Assembly (NCBI GenBank): GCA_002269645.1
Contig: NIVC01001159.1
Coordinates: 361,414-425,413 of the forward strand
DNA length: 64,000 nucleotides
Direction: 5' to 3'
From: Macrostomum lignano
Taxonomy: Eukaryota
A program made the position numbers and the translations under genes. Shown piece after piece: positions 11,607 through 24,110 of this stretch. The notes beneath the pieces are model-generated. The model saw only the letters and a program-made list of their open reading frames with translations, made no database searches and was not told the origin of the DNA. Numbering within the stretch: the first letter of the stretch is position 1; each line of letters opens with the position of its first letter.

Positions 11607-13224
11607 CTGATGAGTTAGAGAGCAGCGTTGCTCACGCGAGCGAGGATCAGTTGCTGGCAGAATTCGTTCTGTTGAACTAACCAGAAAAAGACCATTTTAT
11701 TATAACTATTTCTTTAAAAAAGTCCATCGCAACAATTTTTATATTGTACTTTTTCATGGAAAATAGTAAAACCATATGTTGTTTTTCAAGAATTTTGAAA
11801 TTTGAAAACAAAAAAGATTGTTTTTTGTTCGCTTAATCCGAAATGAATATTTTGCTAATAATTCGATGATCTTAGCTCTCTGGACACCAAAAAAATCTTT
11901 AGGAAATTTATGTTTTTCATTTTTCCCAGCACAGCAAAAGTTGTGCAGTGAACGAAACTAATACCCTCCCTCGTTACTCATAATGTTACTCATAATTGTA
12001 GCTAGTGTCTGTGGCTACAAGTAGTATGTTTATTTTTACTCCCCCAATATGAATTTCAATGCTTCAACTGCCAGTGATAGACGTTGAACATTTTGGCAGG
12101 CAAAGAAAAGAATGATTTCCAACAGACATGTGAAATATACTGAGCATAGTTGGACGTGCTAATTAAATAAAGTTTGGAAGCGACTCAAGTAAACCAGAAT
12201 GCAGCAGAGTTCGCGCATTAGAATCACCTTGCATCCCCCATCGCATTTTGCATAGCTGAAAACCAGCTGCTGCGCTGGAGAATGTGTCAATTAATAATAC
12301 GAATATTTGAGCCATTGTCAACTCAGCTTTCCAATCCAAAGCTCCACTCGCCTCTGCTGAGTTTGAAAGCGTCCCACTTCCGTGCTTCAGCTTGCTTTGA
12401 AATCCCAACTTGAATCAACAGAAAAAAAAATTGCAGAACCGGTTTGGACTGGGCGCTGTTTATCGGTCGTACTTTGGATTGGTTGAAATTTACTATGCCT
12501 TCAAGGTAACGCTTTTCCCATCTAATTAATAACATCTAAGAAGAGATAAGCAATGCAAATATTTCGACATCTTCAGGGCAGGTTACGGTTTAATTAGTCC
12601 ACCAAACCAAATTTATAACAAAATGTAAGATTTAACATTTATACAAATCAACTATACTTGTCATAGTCATTTAGTATCTTGAACAGAGAATTACTCAAAG
12701 TAAAGTACGATTGTAGTGTTATTGGTACACGTGGTCGGTCACGTAGTCTTCATAAGTGCCCACAGGCGGCATGATTACCGCATAACTAGTGATTTAGCAT
12801 TACCTTGGCAGATTTTCGTATTTAAAAGTATTTCAAGACCTACTGTAAGATTATGCTCCCCGTTCCCGGCTTCTTGATTTCAGCTTATTATTGATAGTAG
12901 TAGCGATTGCATATTTCCTGATATTTTATCGAAAAGTTTTGTTTCAACGAGACAGCATTTGTGAGGTTTGACTTACTACTGATGAGTAGAAATTACAGAA
13001 AATTACGAGTAATGTTTATGAGTTCTTTAGAAAACTTTCCATAGAGGCTATTGGTAGTGGGCTGTAATAATGTTAACAGTATTAATAATAATATTTAAAA
13101 TATTAAGAATTGCATGAGGCCTGTTGGCTTCTCGGCACAACACGTACGCCTTTGAATGCATTGTCCTAGCGATGACGGCAATTCTGCCCATTCCGCTGAC
13201 TCCTGGGCACATACAAGCGCACCA

Positions 13225-13430
13225 ATATTGTACGCAGGCACGCAATCGCACACTCGCTCACATGGGTGTACAGCGGCCCTGATAGTCTAATTGTCAGGCA
13301 TGTTCACTCTCTGTGCCTCAAGGATTCACTCTCGTGGAGCCTGAATCACATGGCAATTTTCATGGACACATTTTGTCAGACGCTGAGCTGCCCGGTCCTG
13401 ACAGCATTCGATATACTGGGTCGCTTCTTA
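13225..13430 (-). mobile_element. tRNA-derived SINE family A, degenerate copy
   Basis: GTACGCAGGCAC..GGGTGTACAGCGGCCC..GTCAGGCATGTTCACT aligns by eye with 61925-62000; head remnant GCGACCCAG..TCGAAT (minus strand) near 13400-13420. Confidence 0.5.
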
Positions 13431-14264
13431 TTCAAATTGAATCAGTACTGAGATTCGATTTGCGAGAAAACTTTTGGCAGTACAATAAATTCTTGAGAAT
13501 ATACGAGGACGAGCTCGTATTGGTATAATTACGAGTAATAAAAAAGCTACCTACTCACAAGCACATTGGACCCTTACCTGTCCGACCAATGGTGCGTATC
13601 TCAATCGATTCGTTCGCCTATTGTAGAGATCTCCAAATAAGATACAAAGTAAACTACTATAAGTAGTAACGTAAAAATGCGAAAATGCGAATCTAAAAAT
13701 TCCGAGTTGTCATACACTATTTTTAGAAGACCACGAAAACAACGAGTGATCATCTTATGTAACATCTAAAAATAGAATTCTAAATATGGTATTGATGCGC
13801 AAAACCTATTGTATTCTATTCAATTTTCGAGAGGTCAAAATTCCAAAACGCAAATGAGTCACCTACCCAAAATATCCTGTTTACCCCAAAATCTCTACCT
13901 ATAAAAGTCAAAACTCTGTCTGTGTGTGGACAATTTTGATCGCTATGGACTCCCAAACCACTCAACCAAATTACACCAAACTGTACACCCACCCTAAACT
14001 CACTACGGAGAATGTCTTAGGCTACCTTTTAATTTCCTAGACTCAAGTCTTCCTACCTAAAAGTACAAAAAACTGCTCAAAATGCGCGATTTTTTCACTA
14101 AATCCTCCATAGCGCCGCTCCACTTCTACCGATTCTCTTCAAATTTGACACAGGCAATTTCTAACTATTTTGACACAATCGTGTAAAATTTCAAATCTCA
14201 AAGTTAATCCTGAAAGCCGCTGTGCACTTTTAAAGTTAGGCTGTTTTTTTCAGCGAGGCAGCCA

Positions 14265-16140
14265 CCCCAACCTCCGCCCGCCTGCCTCTCTTTCCCGATC
14301 TGGGCAAAGGGTGTGAATCAGGTTTTAAAATGCCTAACTTTCGGTTGCCATAAGTTTGCTCCACGTGAAGCGATTGACTTCTACATTCCCCCAGAGCCAG
14401 ACGAAGGGTCAGGCGATAGGGCTCAATGTACATAGCGAGTGTACAGTGTTTTGGAATAACTTTTTAATAGCCTTCTCTGTACCCGCGACTGCGATTAGAG
14501 AGGCGTGGAGAGGAGAGACAGTTTAGCGAGAGATTCAAACCACTGTCCTCTGTATAGAAAAGTCTGCAGCAGTTTAACTGTGGATGGCAAATCAAGAGTC
14601 AAGACAATGGTGGGATGGTTTGTAAAAATAGCGAAAAATAAATGAATAACAACTGATTACAATGCAATTCTACTAAATCAGTTAGTTACAGCATGAAGCT
14701 TTCAATATTAAAATTCGCATAAGGTAACTTTAAAATTTAAATGGCTCCTAAGAAATGCGTATTTCCCTTGGTTGTTAGACTGCTGCAGAGTGCAGACTTT
14801 GGTGGTGGAGCTGGAGATACACAAATTTCTCTCAAGGGCTGCTAATTGGCCAGAAAGATGACGTGACTAAAGGATAAGAAATGATAACAGCCATGCGAGT
14901 ACTACGTCCCACAATTCCACAAACTGGCTTTTGAAGCAGGGATTGGCAGATTTTTATCTCAAAGGCCAGATAAAGAATCCAGCCCATGGCTGCGCCTGCG
15001 GGCCAGATGAGAGTGAAAAGGAAAAGGAATAGACTATTAGATAGAAAGAGAGTAGGGGCGAGAGGGGGCGAAGAGAAACGATAGAAGATAACGCGAGAGA
15101 CGAGGGGGTTAAGGAGAGCCTGCAGAGAATATGAGCAGGAGAGGCAGCCACCCCAACCTCCGCCTCTCTCTCCCTTATCTGGCGAGATGTGGAAAAGGTT
15201 TTAAAATAGACTAACTTTCGGCTGTCATAAGTTTGCTCCACATGAAGCGATTGACTTCAAATTTGACACAATTCTTCATTGACTCATTCTCTATCTAAAT
15301 GTTAAGTTTCAACTCTGTATCCTAATTAGGACAGAAACTATAAGCATGTGAAGCTTGTCTGCTTTTTCTGTTGTTTGCCGCTCATCCAACTCATTCCCCC
15401 CAGACGAAGGATCAGGCGATAGGGCTCAATGTACATAGCGAATGTACAGTGTTTTGGAATAACTTTTTAATAGCTTTCTCTGCACCCCCGCGAGTGGAGA
15501 GGCGTGGAGAGGAGAGAGTTTAGCGAGAGATTCAATTTCAAACTACTGTCCTCTGTATAGACAAGTCGCAGCAGTTAAACAAGGATGGCAAATCAAGGCG
15601 ATGTGGGATGGTTTGCAAAAATAGCGAAAAATTAATGAATAACTGATTACAATGCAATCCTACTAAATTAGTTACACCATCAAAATTTTAACATTAAGAT
15701 TCGCATAAGATAACTTTAAAATTTAAATGGCCTCCTAAGAAATGCGTATTTCCTTGGTTGTTAGACTGCTGCAGACTGTGGTGGTGGAGCTGGAGAATGG
15801 AGATACACAAATTCCTCTCAGGGCTGCTAATTGGCCAGAAAGATGACGTGATTAAAGCATGAGAAATTATAACAACCATGATAGTACTACGTCCCACGAG
15901 GGCCGGATTGCTATTGCGAAGTTTCAAAGGACCCGAGGGCCGGATTGCTATTGCGAAGTTTCAAAGGACCCGAGGGCCGGATTGCTATTGCGAAGTTTCA
16001 AAGGACCCGAGGGCCGGATTGCTATTGCGAAGTTTCAAAGGTCCCCATGATAGTACTTTCGAAGCAGGGATTGGCAGATTTTTATCTCAAAGGCCAGATA
16101 AAGAATCCAGCTCATGGCTGCGGGCCAGATGAGAGTGAAA
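14265..16140 (+). repeat. Diverged tandem segmental duplication (about 14265-15020 vs 15140-16140)
   Basis: Long colinear similarity, e.g. GAGGCAGCCACCCCAACCTCCGCC, CAGGCGATAGGGCTCAATGTACATAGCGA and GAAGCAGGGATTGGCAGATTTTTATCTCAAAGGCCAGATAAAGAATCCAGC in both copies. Confidence 0.9.
15898..16045 (+). repeat. 37-bp unit x4 (GAGGGCCGGATTGCTATTGCGAAGTTTCAAAGGACCC)
   Basis: Four head-to-tail copies without spacers, bracketed by CCATGATAGTACT at 15876-15888 and 16045-16057. Confidence 0.95.
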
Positions 16141-16844
16141 AGGAAAAGTGGTGAGGAGAGAGCAGAGAAGAAGGGAGGAAGAAGCGAGAGGAGGGGAGAG
16201 AGGAAGGAGAGGAAAGAGTAAAGGTGAGAAGAGGGGAGAGATGAGACAGAGGATCGATGAGAGAGGAGAGTAGAGAAGATTGAGAGGAGAGTAGAGATGA
16301 GAGAGCAGAAAGAAGATGACAGAGGGTCAAGAGGAGAGGAGAGAGTAGAAAGGATAGAGAAGAGAGGAGATAAGAGGGGGAGAGAGAAGTGAGAAGAGAA
16401 GAGATAGAGATAAGAGAGTGGTGAAAGAAGAGGGGAGAAAGGAGAGATGAGAGAGTAAAGGGAGGAGGAGGAGAGAGGAAAGAGATGAGATTGTAGAGAT
16501 GAGACAGGTGAAAAAGGTGAGAGGAGAGTGCAGAGAGACGAGAGAAGATAATAGACGAGAGAGAGTATAGAAGAGGGAAGAGAAAAGAAGAAAGGAGTAA
16601 GGAAAGAGAGGAGTCAGAAGAGGTGAAAGAGAAGAGTACAGAGGAGATAAGTGAGAGAACGTATAAGAGAGTAAAGATGACAGATAAGAGAGCAGATGAA
16701 CAGACGAGAGATGGGAGAGTAGAGAGAACAGAGGAGAGATAAGAGAGAAGATATTACAGAGACTAGAGGAGAGAGGAGAGACAGGGAGAGAGAAGAAGAA
16801 ATAGGAGAATGAAGAGGGGAGAGAGTAGAGAGAAGAGAGATGGG

Positions 16845-16905
<61 letters not shown>

Positions 16906-16907
16906 AA

Positions 16908-16942
<35 letters not shown>

Positions 16943-17330
16943 AAGCGCAGAGCAGAGAGAAACGAGAAGAGATAAGAGAGAAAAGATAAAAGAAGAGAAA
17001 GGAGAGATGAAAGAGCGGACGAGAGAGAAGAGAGGTGAGGGAAGAGACGAGCGACGAGGGGAGAGAGGAGAGAGAGAGGAAAGAGTAGAGAGGAGAGATG
17101 AGAGAGTAGAGGAGAGAGTTAAGAGAAGAGAGAAAATAATAGAGAGGACAAGGAAGAGACGAGAGAAGAGGGGGAGAGAGGAGAGAGGAGAGGAGAGAGA
17201 AAAGAAGAGGGAAGAGATGAGACAAGAGAGATGAAAGAGAAGAGAGATGAGGGAAGATACGAGAGAAGAGAGGAGAGACGAGAGACGAGAGACGAGGGAT
17301 GAGAGAGAAGAAAGGAAACAGAGAGACGAT
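16140..17330 (+). repeat. Polypurine GA-rich low-complexity tract with a (GA)n core at about 16850-16940
   Basis: Almost entirely A/G on the + strand. Confidence 0.95.
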
Positions 17331-18481
17331 AGAAATTTTAAAGGATCCAAGGGACATAGGGAGAGTCAGGGAGAGGCCAGAGTTTGCCATGCCAATACAT
17401 GTTTTAGAGTCAGACAGACATTGCCTAGCATTCTGTGGAGTACCCCAGCAAACAATATCAATGTTTGCCTCAAACCCTAATTTTATACAAATGTGCTCCA
17501 TTTTATGTCTACCTCTATCCTACTAACATTAATTTGTTTGTGTATGGCCTTAGATTTCAGAATACATGCAAAAGTAGTTCCGGGGATTGGAATTCCCCGG
17601 GTTCAAAATCCGCGGGTTTCAACAGCTTGTTTTACTATAAATACAAGTCAAAATCCGAGCTAAAAATCTTAGACTCGGAGCAGCCTCCAAAGATCTTGGG
17701 CTTTGCAAGAGCAGCCAACGAGGCTATATCTCTGAGGAAGAGATAAACACCAATTGGTAAGCTTTGTTTGAGACTTCGTTATTTTGATTATTGAGAGCGA
17801 TTATTATTGCCGGCCGTTACTGTTCAGTCGATTTCATTGAGTCTATTGAGTTTGAGGCCTCCCATTTTCCTAAGGGATTGGATAGGATCTGCGGACCGAT
17901 TCCGATACCCTTAGAGGATTATCGATTGATTGATTTTGGTTATCCTAGATTAACCGATAGGAGTACACTACTCCGATTCCGTTAGTTCTAGAAGAAGACG
18001 CCCTTTTGGAGGACCTCGCGTTATTATAGAAGTTGATTCTGTTATTAGGGCGCATCGTTGATATTGATTTCTGCACTCGAGGAAATACTGCGACGTCGAT
18101 TTTATTGTTACGCTCTCACTTTCGGCCGATTCTAGACTTCAAGAAGATTCCTTCGGAGAAGAAGATTGGAAGAAGCAAGTTCCAGACACGCGCGCAACAA
18201 AGAAGAAGAAACAAGGAACGAGCTCGGAGAACCTGCCCGACGAAGAAGAGGAGCCCGCGACAGTAAGTGCACTACATTATTGTTCCCAGGCTTAAGTGTC
18301 TGGAAGTGGGAGTTTTCGGGGGACTGATCACCTCCCGAATCAACTCTTCACTATTGGCTGCTAATGTTGGGTTAAAAAGGACTGACAGATGCGCATTTAT
18401 CGTCATCTATTATTTACAGATCTCCTGTAATAAACAATCGTAAACAACAGTTATTTTGTTTTTCTAATCTTCTCAGTGCCA

Positions 18482-18882
18482 ATGAGTACCGCTCCAAAGT
18501 TTCGGGTTGTTCTGCTGGTAATTTGCAATGGCTACTGGCTGTCTACTGCATCGGTTACCGAGACTGGTGAGCTGAATTGCTCAGTAGGGAATCGATCTTG
18601 TGATAGCAATCTGCAAAATTCATAATGCTTCCGCAGGCTATAACCTGGACAAAAGCATCTTATCTGAACCGACTAGCAGGCCAACAACTTCCGGATTCGC
18701 GGCTGCCCGAAGCGACATCGAGTGCTCAACTCTGTGCGCCGCCGCCGATTCGTCTCCTGGGAGCGGCTGCAAATCATGGGCCTTCTCGGTCTCCGCTGGG
18801 CGCTGCTTCCTGGCATCGACTCAAACGTTCGACTTTGAAGGCGCGTTGGCCAACGGGGCGGTTATCTATCGGGGTCCAGTTG
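18482..18882 (+). CDS. Paralog of the FReD gene: signal-peptide exon + PAN-like exon only; no fibrinogen exons found
   Basis: Exons 18482-18566 (85 nt) and 18637-18882 (246 nt), the same lengths and phases as exons 1-2 of the 10412 gene. Shares ARSDIECSTLC.AA.SSPGSGCKSWAF....GRCFL. No FBG motifs seen downstream. Confidence 0.75.
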
Positions 18883-21800
18883 GTAAGTCTTGGAAGTCTT
18901 GCAACCCAACCCAGAAGCAGAAGGGTTACTGAATGACAGCCTTCAAATGGTTTCTGTTTGCTGTCAGGCACGAAACTCTGCAATGCGAAAGTTGATTGTC
19001 CCATGCTTGTTCGTTTTCTCTGTGCAAACGCAGACACAGCTGAGGAAAATGTTTGCCAATGCCAAATAATGTGTGTACTACCGACACGACCTGTATTGGG
19101 GGCTGGCCTAACGCAAAAAGTCGGCTTCGCTGGGAAAGCCTACATGTCTATCATACAAGCGCATCTGAGTTGTTGTTTGACACTGTATAGCGCGTATTGT
19201 CAGCAATTGTAGCCCGCAGCGATATCTGAGACTATTGTAATTACTAATGCTAATTTAATTCTACTATTATCTATTGTATCCTATAGCTTTATATATAGTC
19301 AGCCTCGTTAGGTCGAAGACCCTTAAACATTATATCAATACGTCATGGTAGTGCTCAGTCATACCCTTGATCTACACGGGTCAGCAGAAGCGATTAAACA
19401 CGCGTAGCAATGTTTCGGGAATGAAGGCAACAAGCAGGCAAGAAAATTAGATAGAGAGAAAAAGTAAAGAATAGATGTTAAAACCCTTGCGTTATTTATA
19501 TTAAGTATTCCCTACGCCACCCCTTCAAAAAAGCTCACATCATCGGGTAGAGCGCCGTTCCCAGGCTGGTGGATTCCCACGGACCTTACTCGCTCGTCGT
19601 CTATACCTTTAATATTGTATTTGACTTCCCGCCCAACAAAAAAGACATAAATACCTTTTAAGGTGGAAACAGAATTTTAGGGTGGCCTGCACTCACCCTT
19701 TTTACAATGCCGTCATCAAGCACTTTTTGTAAGAGTGCAGCTGTCCCCAACTGCTAAACTCCACCGCGCTCTGATAACATTGCAATTTCCTAATTTCCAA
19801 ACATAACCTAACATAAATCCTATTCTTAATATTTCCTAAAATAGTCCCTAAATTATGTTAGATTAAATGTGATTCTTATACATTCACATTTAATGTCGTA
19901 TAGAACTGATTGTCCCCAAGTCGCCTTCCATGCGTCTCAGCAAAGCGGGCCGAGAATACAGCACGCATGAGGATTTCGAGGCGTGGCTCCCAATTAAGTG
20001 CCAACACGTGACTGTGGAAGGCCTGTCTGCGCTTGGATGCCTGCCTGTATAATTTCAAAATAGGAGTGTCTATGGCCATTATTTAACGAAGTTACATACT
20101 ATACAAGTGCATTGTATTTATACTTTTACCCAGCGCCATGTCATTATTCCACACTTTTTGCGGTCATTGTTTAACACTTTTGTCGCTGTCATTATTCATC
20201 ACTTTTTGGCTCTGGTGCTATTGGCTGTTTTGCGATTTTGTTTACCATAGACGAAACACACGAGAGCTATTCGAGGTCTACCATATACAGATGGGCCATA
20301 GACAAAATAATTTCCTCAAAGTCTGTCTTTGATTTATGATATGCGATTCTCAAAAATTAAAACTCTCTCTCTACACAGCAACTATGTCTGCGCTTATCAA
20401 TTGGAAGCATCTTCCCGTGGACTCGCTAAACGGAGTCAAGATGGACGAGTTGCAACTGCTGTCTGAGCTTAGTTCAACGGACCATCACGATGACCAGGCC
20501 TTGCGGGATTTCATTGATTGGATTGAGAATGACCATGGAACTGAAGAGTTACCGGACCTGCCGGATGTGGATGGCTTCAATGAGCAGTTGGGAACTGCGC
20601 TTTGAGAACTGCACCTTTAATTTCAGGGCGAGTAAATAAACATTCGCTGTAAAATGTTGACTACAAACTGATAAAGTGTGATGCAAAATTTAAGCTTAAT
20701 TTAATTATCTTTTTTCATGCAATTTGGCGTTTTCAACATTGCATTTGTTCGATATCAATTAATAAGTATATAATATTTCAAGGAAGCCTCTACTGTCAAA
20801 TGGTTCACGGGTTTATCCGTTAAAATACACTTAATAACAGCTACGTTATTTCAAATCCTTATTTCCATGGCCTAGAACCTGAAAAGTGTGGAATAATGGC
20901 CAAAATATTTTGTTACTGCGTCTGGGTATAAGTATAATTACAATATACCAATATTGATGGGCTGCAGAGGGCTACGCCGTCGCGCGTTTCTGCCCGATGC
21001 GGCCCATCCATCCCGATGCGGTTTCACGGCCCGCTGAAAATGTCTATGGCAAAGTCAGAAGAAAGCGGGGTCAAGGGGCGCTGAGCCTCCTTGCGGGGGT
21101 GTGCAGGGGCGGAGCCCCCACATTTGCACACCAGCACTCTAGAGAAAGAAAGAATGAATTCTAAAAAATTGTCTATGGCCAAAACTCCTTATTGTCGGCT
21201 GATTTTCCATGCAGGAATGGCATTCTTGCACTCCTTTGCGTACAGGAAATGGATATCTATGGTAAAATCTCACTGAAAAAGCATTAGGCGCAGAAATGCA
21301 TTCCTGCACGGTTTTGTGCATTCCTGCACGATGAATAATCCGACAATGGGATTCCTTCACGTTCACTCGTGCGTGAAGGACATCGTGAACTCGTGCGCTA
21401 GCGCGCACTCGTGCAGATGTCATTCCCGCACTCGTGACCGTGCAGAAATCATTCATTCTTGCACAATTGACATTCCTGCACGGAGTGCACATGTAAATTC
21501 AAGGTGTTTTTACCATAGACACTTGCATTTCTGCACGCATATGGCGACTTTTCAATTTCCAAAGCATTCTTGCACGCTGGATCAAATAAGAATAGATAAT
21601 TGCAGCGGGCGGGATGCCGTGCGCTTCACCCCGTTTCAACACGCCTAGGCTAACTATAATGAAATCCATATTCGACTGGCTTGCTTTGAACTCGAAGTGC
21701 TTTAGCTTTGGTTTTAAGAAGTTGAGATTAGTCAGGTAAAATAAATTAAGAATTGAAGCACCATTGCACATAGAGACATGTAAAAACGATATTGATACTC

Positions 21801-22667
21801 GAGATTAAGCAACGATCTTTATACGAGCTATATTAACAAATGTAATGATTATTGAAATATTAAAAAACCAAGTATTAAACAGATTGGCATATTAAAAAAT
21901 AAATTTTCATTCGCTAACAGTTTTGAAAGCAAGGTGACTGGGATACGAGATTTCAACTGTGAAATCTTACACAATAGAAACAGGATAGAACAAGTTTTTA
22001 GAAAATTCTTCTCCTAATTGCTGCTCAAGTAACGAGCAGAATTAGCGAGGTTCAGTCATTCAATACTCAAAGTTAAAAGTAATGATCCTCTGGATAAAAG
22101 ATTTTATGCGCATAAAACTGATTCACAGTCAAAACTTCCCTACATCGATGACAATCAAGGTACGCTGAACTGATCGACTCAGGAAGCGACCTTCGGACCT
22201 CAGACTTGAAGCTGTTGCGCCTTCTTTTGCTGAGCTTTTTTGATGAGCTGCAGATGAAATAGTTGTGTAGAAGATTAATACTCTTATTAAAAAGCAAAGC
22301 ACTAGTCAGTAATGTTAGCTTAAAAGGCCCAGTATTCGACCAATGGTCTCTTTCGATCTTCGAGAGACATGGTGAATGTTTCCTGTACTTTTGATCTTAT
22401 AATCAGTAGTCGAACGGTATATATCTGCAAAGATGTACATATAGTTCCAAAACACCCATTATCATGAATTTATCGATAATTACTGGCTAAAAAACTTTGG
22501 CCAAGCGAAAGTATTTATTAGGTTTACCTTGGCAGTACTTAAAGCAGTACTTAAAAATCAGGTGTTTCCGTATAATTAGAACCAGGCCCTACTAAAATCT
22601 TGCCTTGTTATTTATATTAAAGCTTTAAAGCATCTCTGCTTCAATAATGTCATGCACATGTACTCAC

Positions 22668-23073
22668 TCGCATAGATAGAGTTGACTTTGCAAGCCGCTG
22701 CTGAAGTGCCGCTGCTTCTGCAGCACTGCAGACCGCAGAAGCAGCTCAAATTTGGCCATCTCTCAACCGTCTCATTGGCAGTACATTTCGCTGATGACGG
22801 CTTCAATAGTGGCTGCTGCCTGGCATAGAATTCTGGCAGCGGAGTCGAGGCACCGCGGACATCGCTGACGGCCTCCACCATCTGCTCGCTGCTGCTGCTG
22901 CCGTTACTGCAGGTGCCAACAACGCTGCGGAGACTGCAAACAAAGCTGCCATTCGATGTTGAGCTGATGCTGGCATTGCTGCTGTCAGGGAAACTGATAC
23001 CTCTGCGTGGACTACTGTTTCTATTATAATAAAATGGATTGTTATTAACGATACCGCTGTCGTTCAATGACAT
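22668..23073 (-). CDS. Probable first coding exon of an uncharacterised spliced gene (Ser-rich N-terminus, Cys cluster)
   Basis: ATG at 23073 lies ~50 nt downstream of a TTTTAATTGCAG acceptor; open 135 codons to an A|GTGAGT donor. Candidate downstream acceptors at about 22414 (TTTGCAG) and 22247 (TCTGCAG). No recognisable domain. Confidence 0.4.
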
Positions 23074-23399
23074 GGCAGCAAATTGGTGTTAATCAATCAG
23101 CTTTAAATTTATATTCCACCTGCAATTAAAACAGCCTCGTGAGTAATTAAAGCTTGGAAGCCAGTCATTCAGTCAGTGAAAGGTGAAGTGAAGTGAAGTG
23201 AAGCTATAATCGATCCAATATCATTTTGGGGTTTGTGCTTAAGATCCGATTTGCATGTACGGCACTTTTGCACTTTAACAGGCACAAGGATCGACGATTG
23301 GAAATCAAAATTGAAGAAAAATTGAGACTGAGGGTTAAACAAATTTACAGTACATCATATTACGCATGTACACGAGGGGAAGAGCATCTATAAAACTCG

Positions 23400-23610
23400 T
23401 GCTACGTAAGACGGCCCAACTGCGGCTACCAGCAACTGCGACCCTTGTGCACCAAAATTGGCAGGGGGTTGCCGTGCAATTTACAGCCATTTAGCCATTA
23501 AGTTCAACCCCCCAGGCACAGAGAGTGTACATGCCAGATGATTAGAACATCATGGCCGCTGTTCATCCTATATTGAGCGTTGTATAAGTGCGTGCCTGCG
23601 CATATATACT
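23400..23610 (+). mobile_element. tRNA-derived SINE family A, degenerate copy
   Basis: GCCGTGCAATTTACAGCC..CCCCCCAGGCACAGAGAGTGTACATGCC..GGCCGCTGTTCA..GTGCGTGCCTGCG matches the reverse complement of 61925-62050 by eye. Confidence 0.5.
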
Positions 23611-23964
23611 ATATTTTTTTATTATCTCAATTGAAAATCACAAGTTTAATATAGATTTTACATGCATACTCAGCAACATTGAAAAGTCGCCACCCATTGC
23701 CCCAGTGAGCAGTGTCTTTCGACCAGCGTCTATCACCTGGGCAATCATTTTGATGTGAAAAATGCTTGAAAAAACAATCAAAACCGGTCGGAAGCTTCAA
23801 ATCCACCCAATCTTCACCATCCGCTTTTCCCAATACCTTCTCACCCAGTTAAACTCTGCGTCACGTAACGCAAATTGCGTCACTCAAAAGTCAATACTTG
23901 AGCTAGAATTTACTGCGCACTCTCAAAGGTGGCGACTATTTAATGTTGTTGAGTATATTTCGTT

Positions 23965-24110
23965 TGTAGCCTACTAGAGCGTCGGACTCACGACTAAAAG
24001 GTCGGGGTTCGATTCCCGATCCCACTCGAACAATTAATTATGTCTTTGAGCAAGAAACTTAACTCTGCATTGTTTCAGTTCAACCAGCTGTAAAATGGGT
24101 GCCCAGCATT
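23965..24110 (+). mobile_element. tRNA-derived SINE with a CORE-like central domain
   Basis: B-box GGTTCGATTCC at 24006-24016, followed by GTCTTTGAGCAAGAAACTTAACTCT..TTTCAGTT..CTGTAAAATGGG, which resembles the CORE consensus as recalled (GACCTTGGGCAAGTCACTTAACCTCT..CTCAGTTT..CTGTAAAATGGG). Confidence 0.7.

Larger units (their letters stand above)
13892..17629 (+). mobile_element. Probable non-autonomous Helitron with internal duplication and GA-rich filler
   Basis: 5' A|TCTCTACCTATAAAAG...CTCTGTCTGTGTGTG. 3' GC hairpins (CCGGGGA/TCCCCGG at 17580-17600; CCCGG..CCGCGGG) followed by CAGCTTG|T, one mismatch from CTAG. Sits between A and T. No Rep/helicase ORF. Pairing of the two ends is inferred. 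Confidence 0.45.

Noticed and set aside
12977-13015. Hammerhead ribozyme candidate (CTGATGAG-TAGAAATTAC-AGAAA)
   Set aside because: There is an extra base before GAAA, stem III lacks the A15.1-U16.1 pair and NUH site, and there is no stem I partner.
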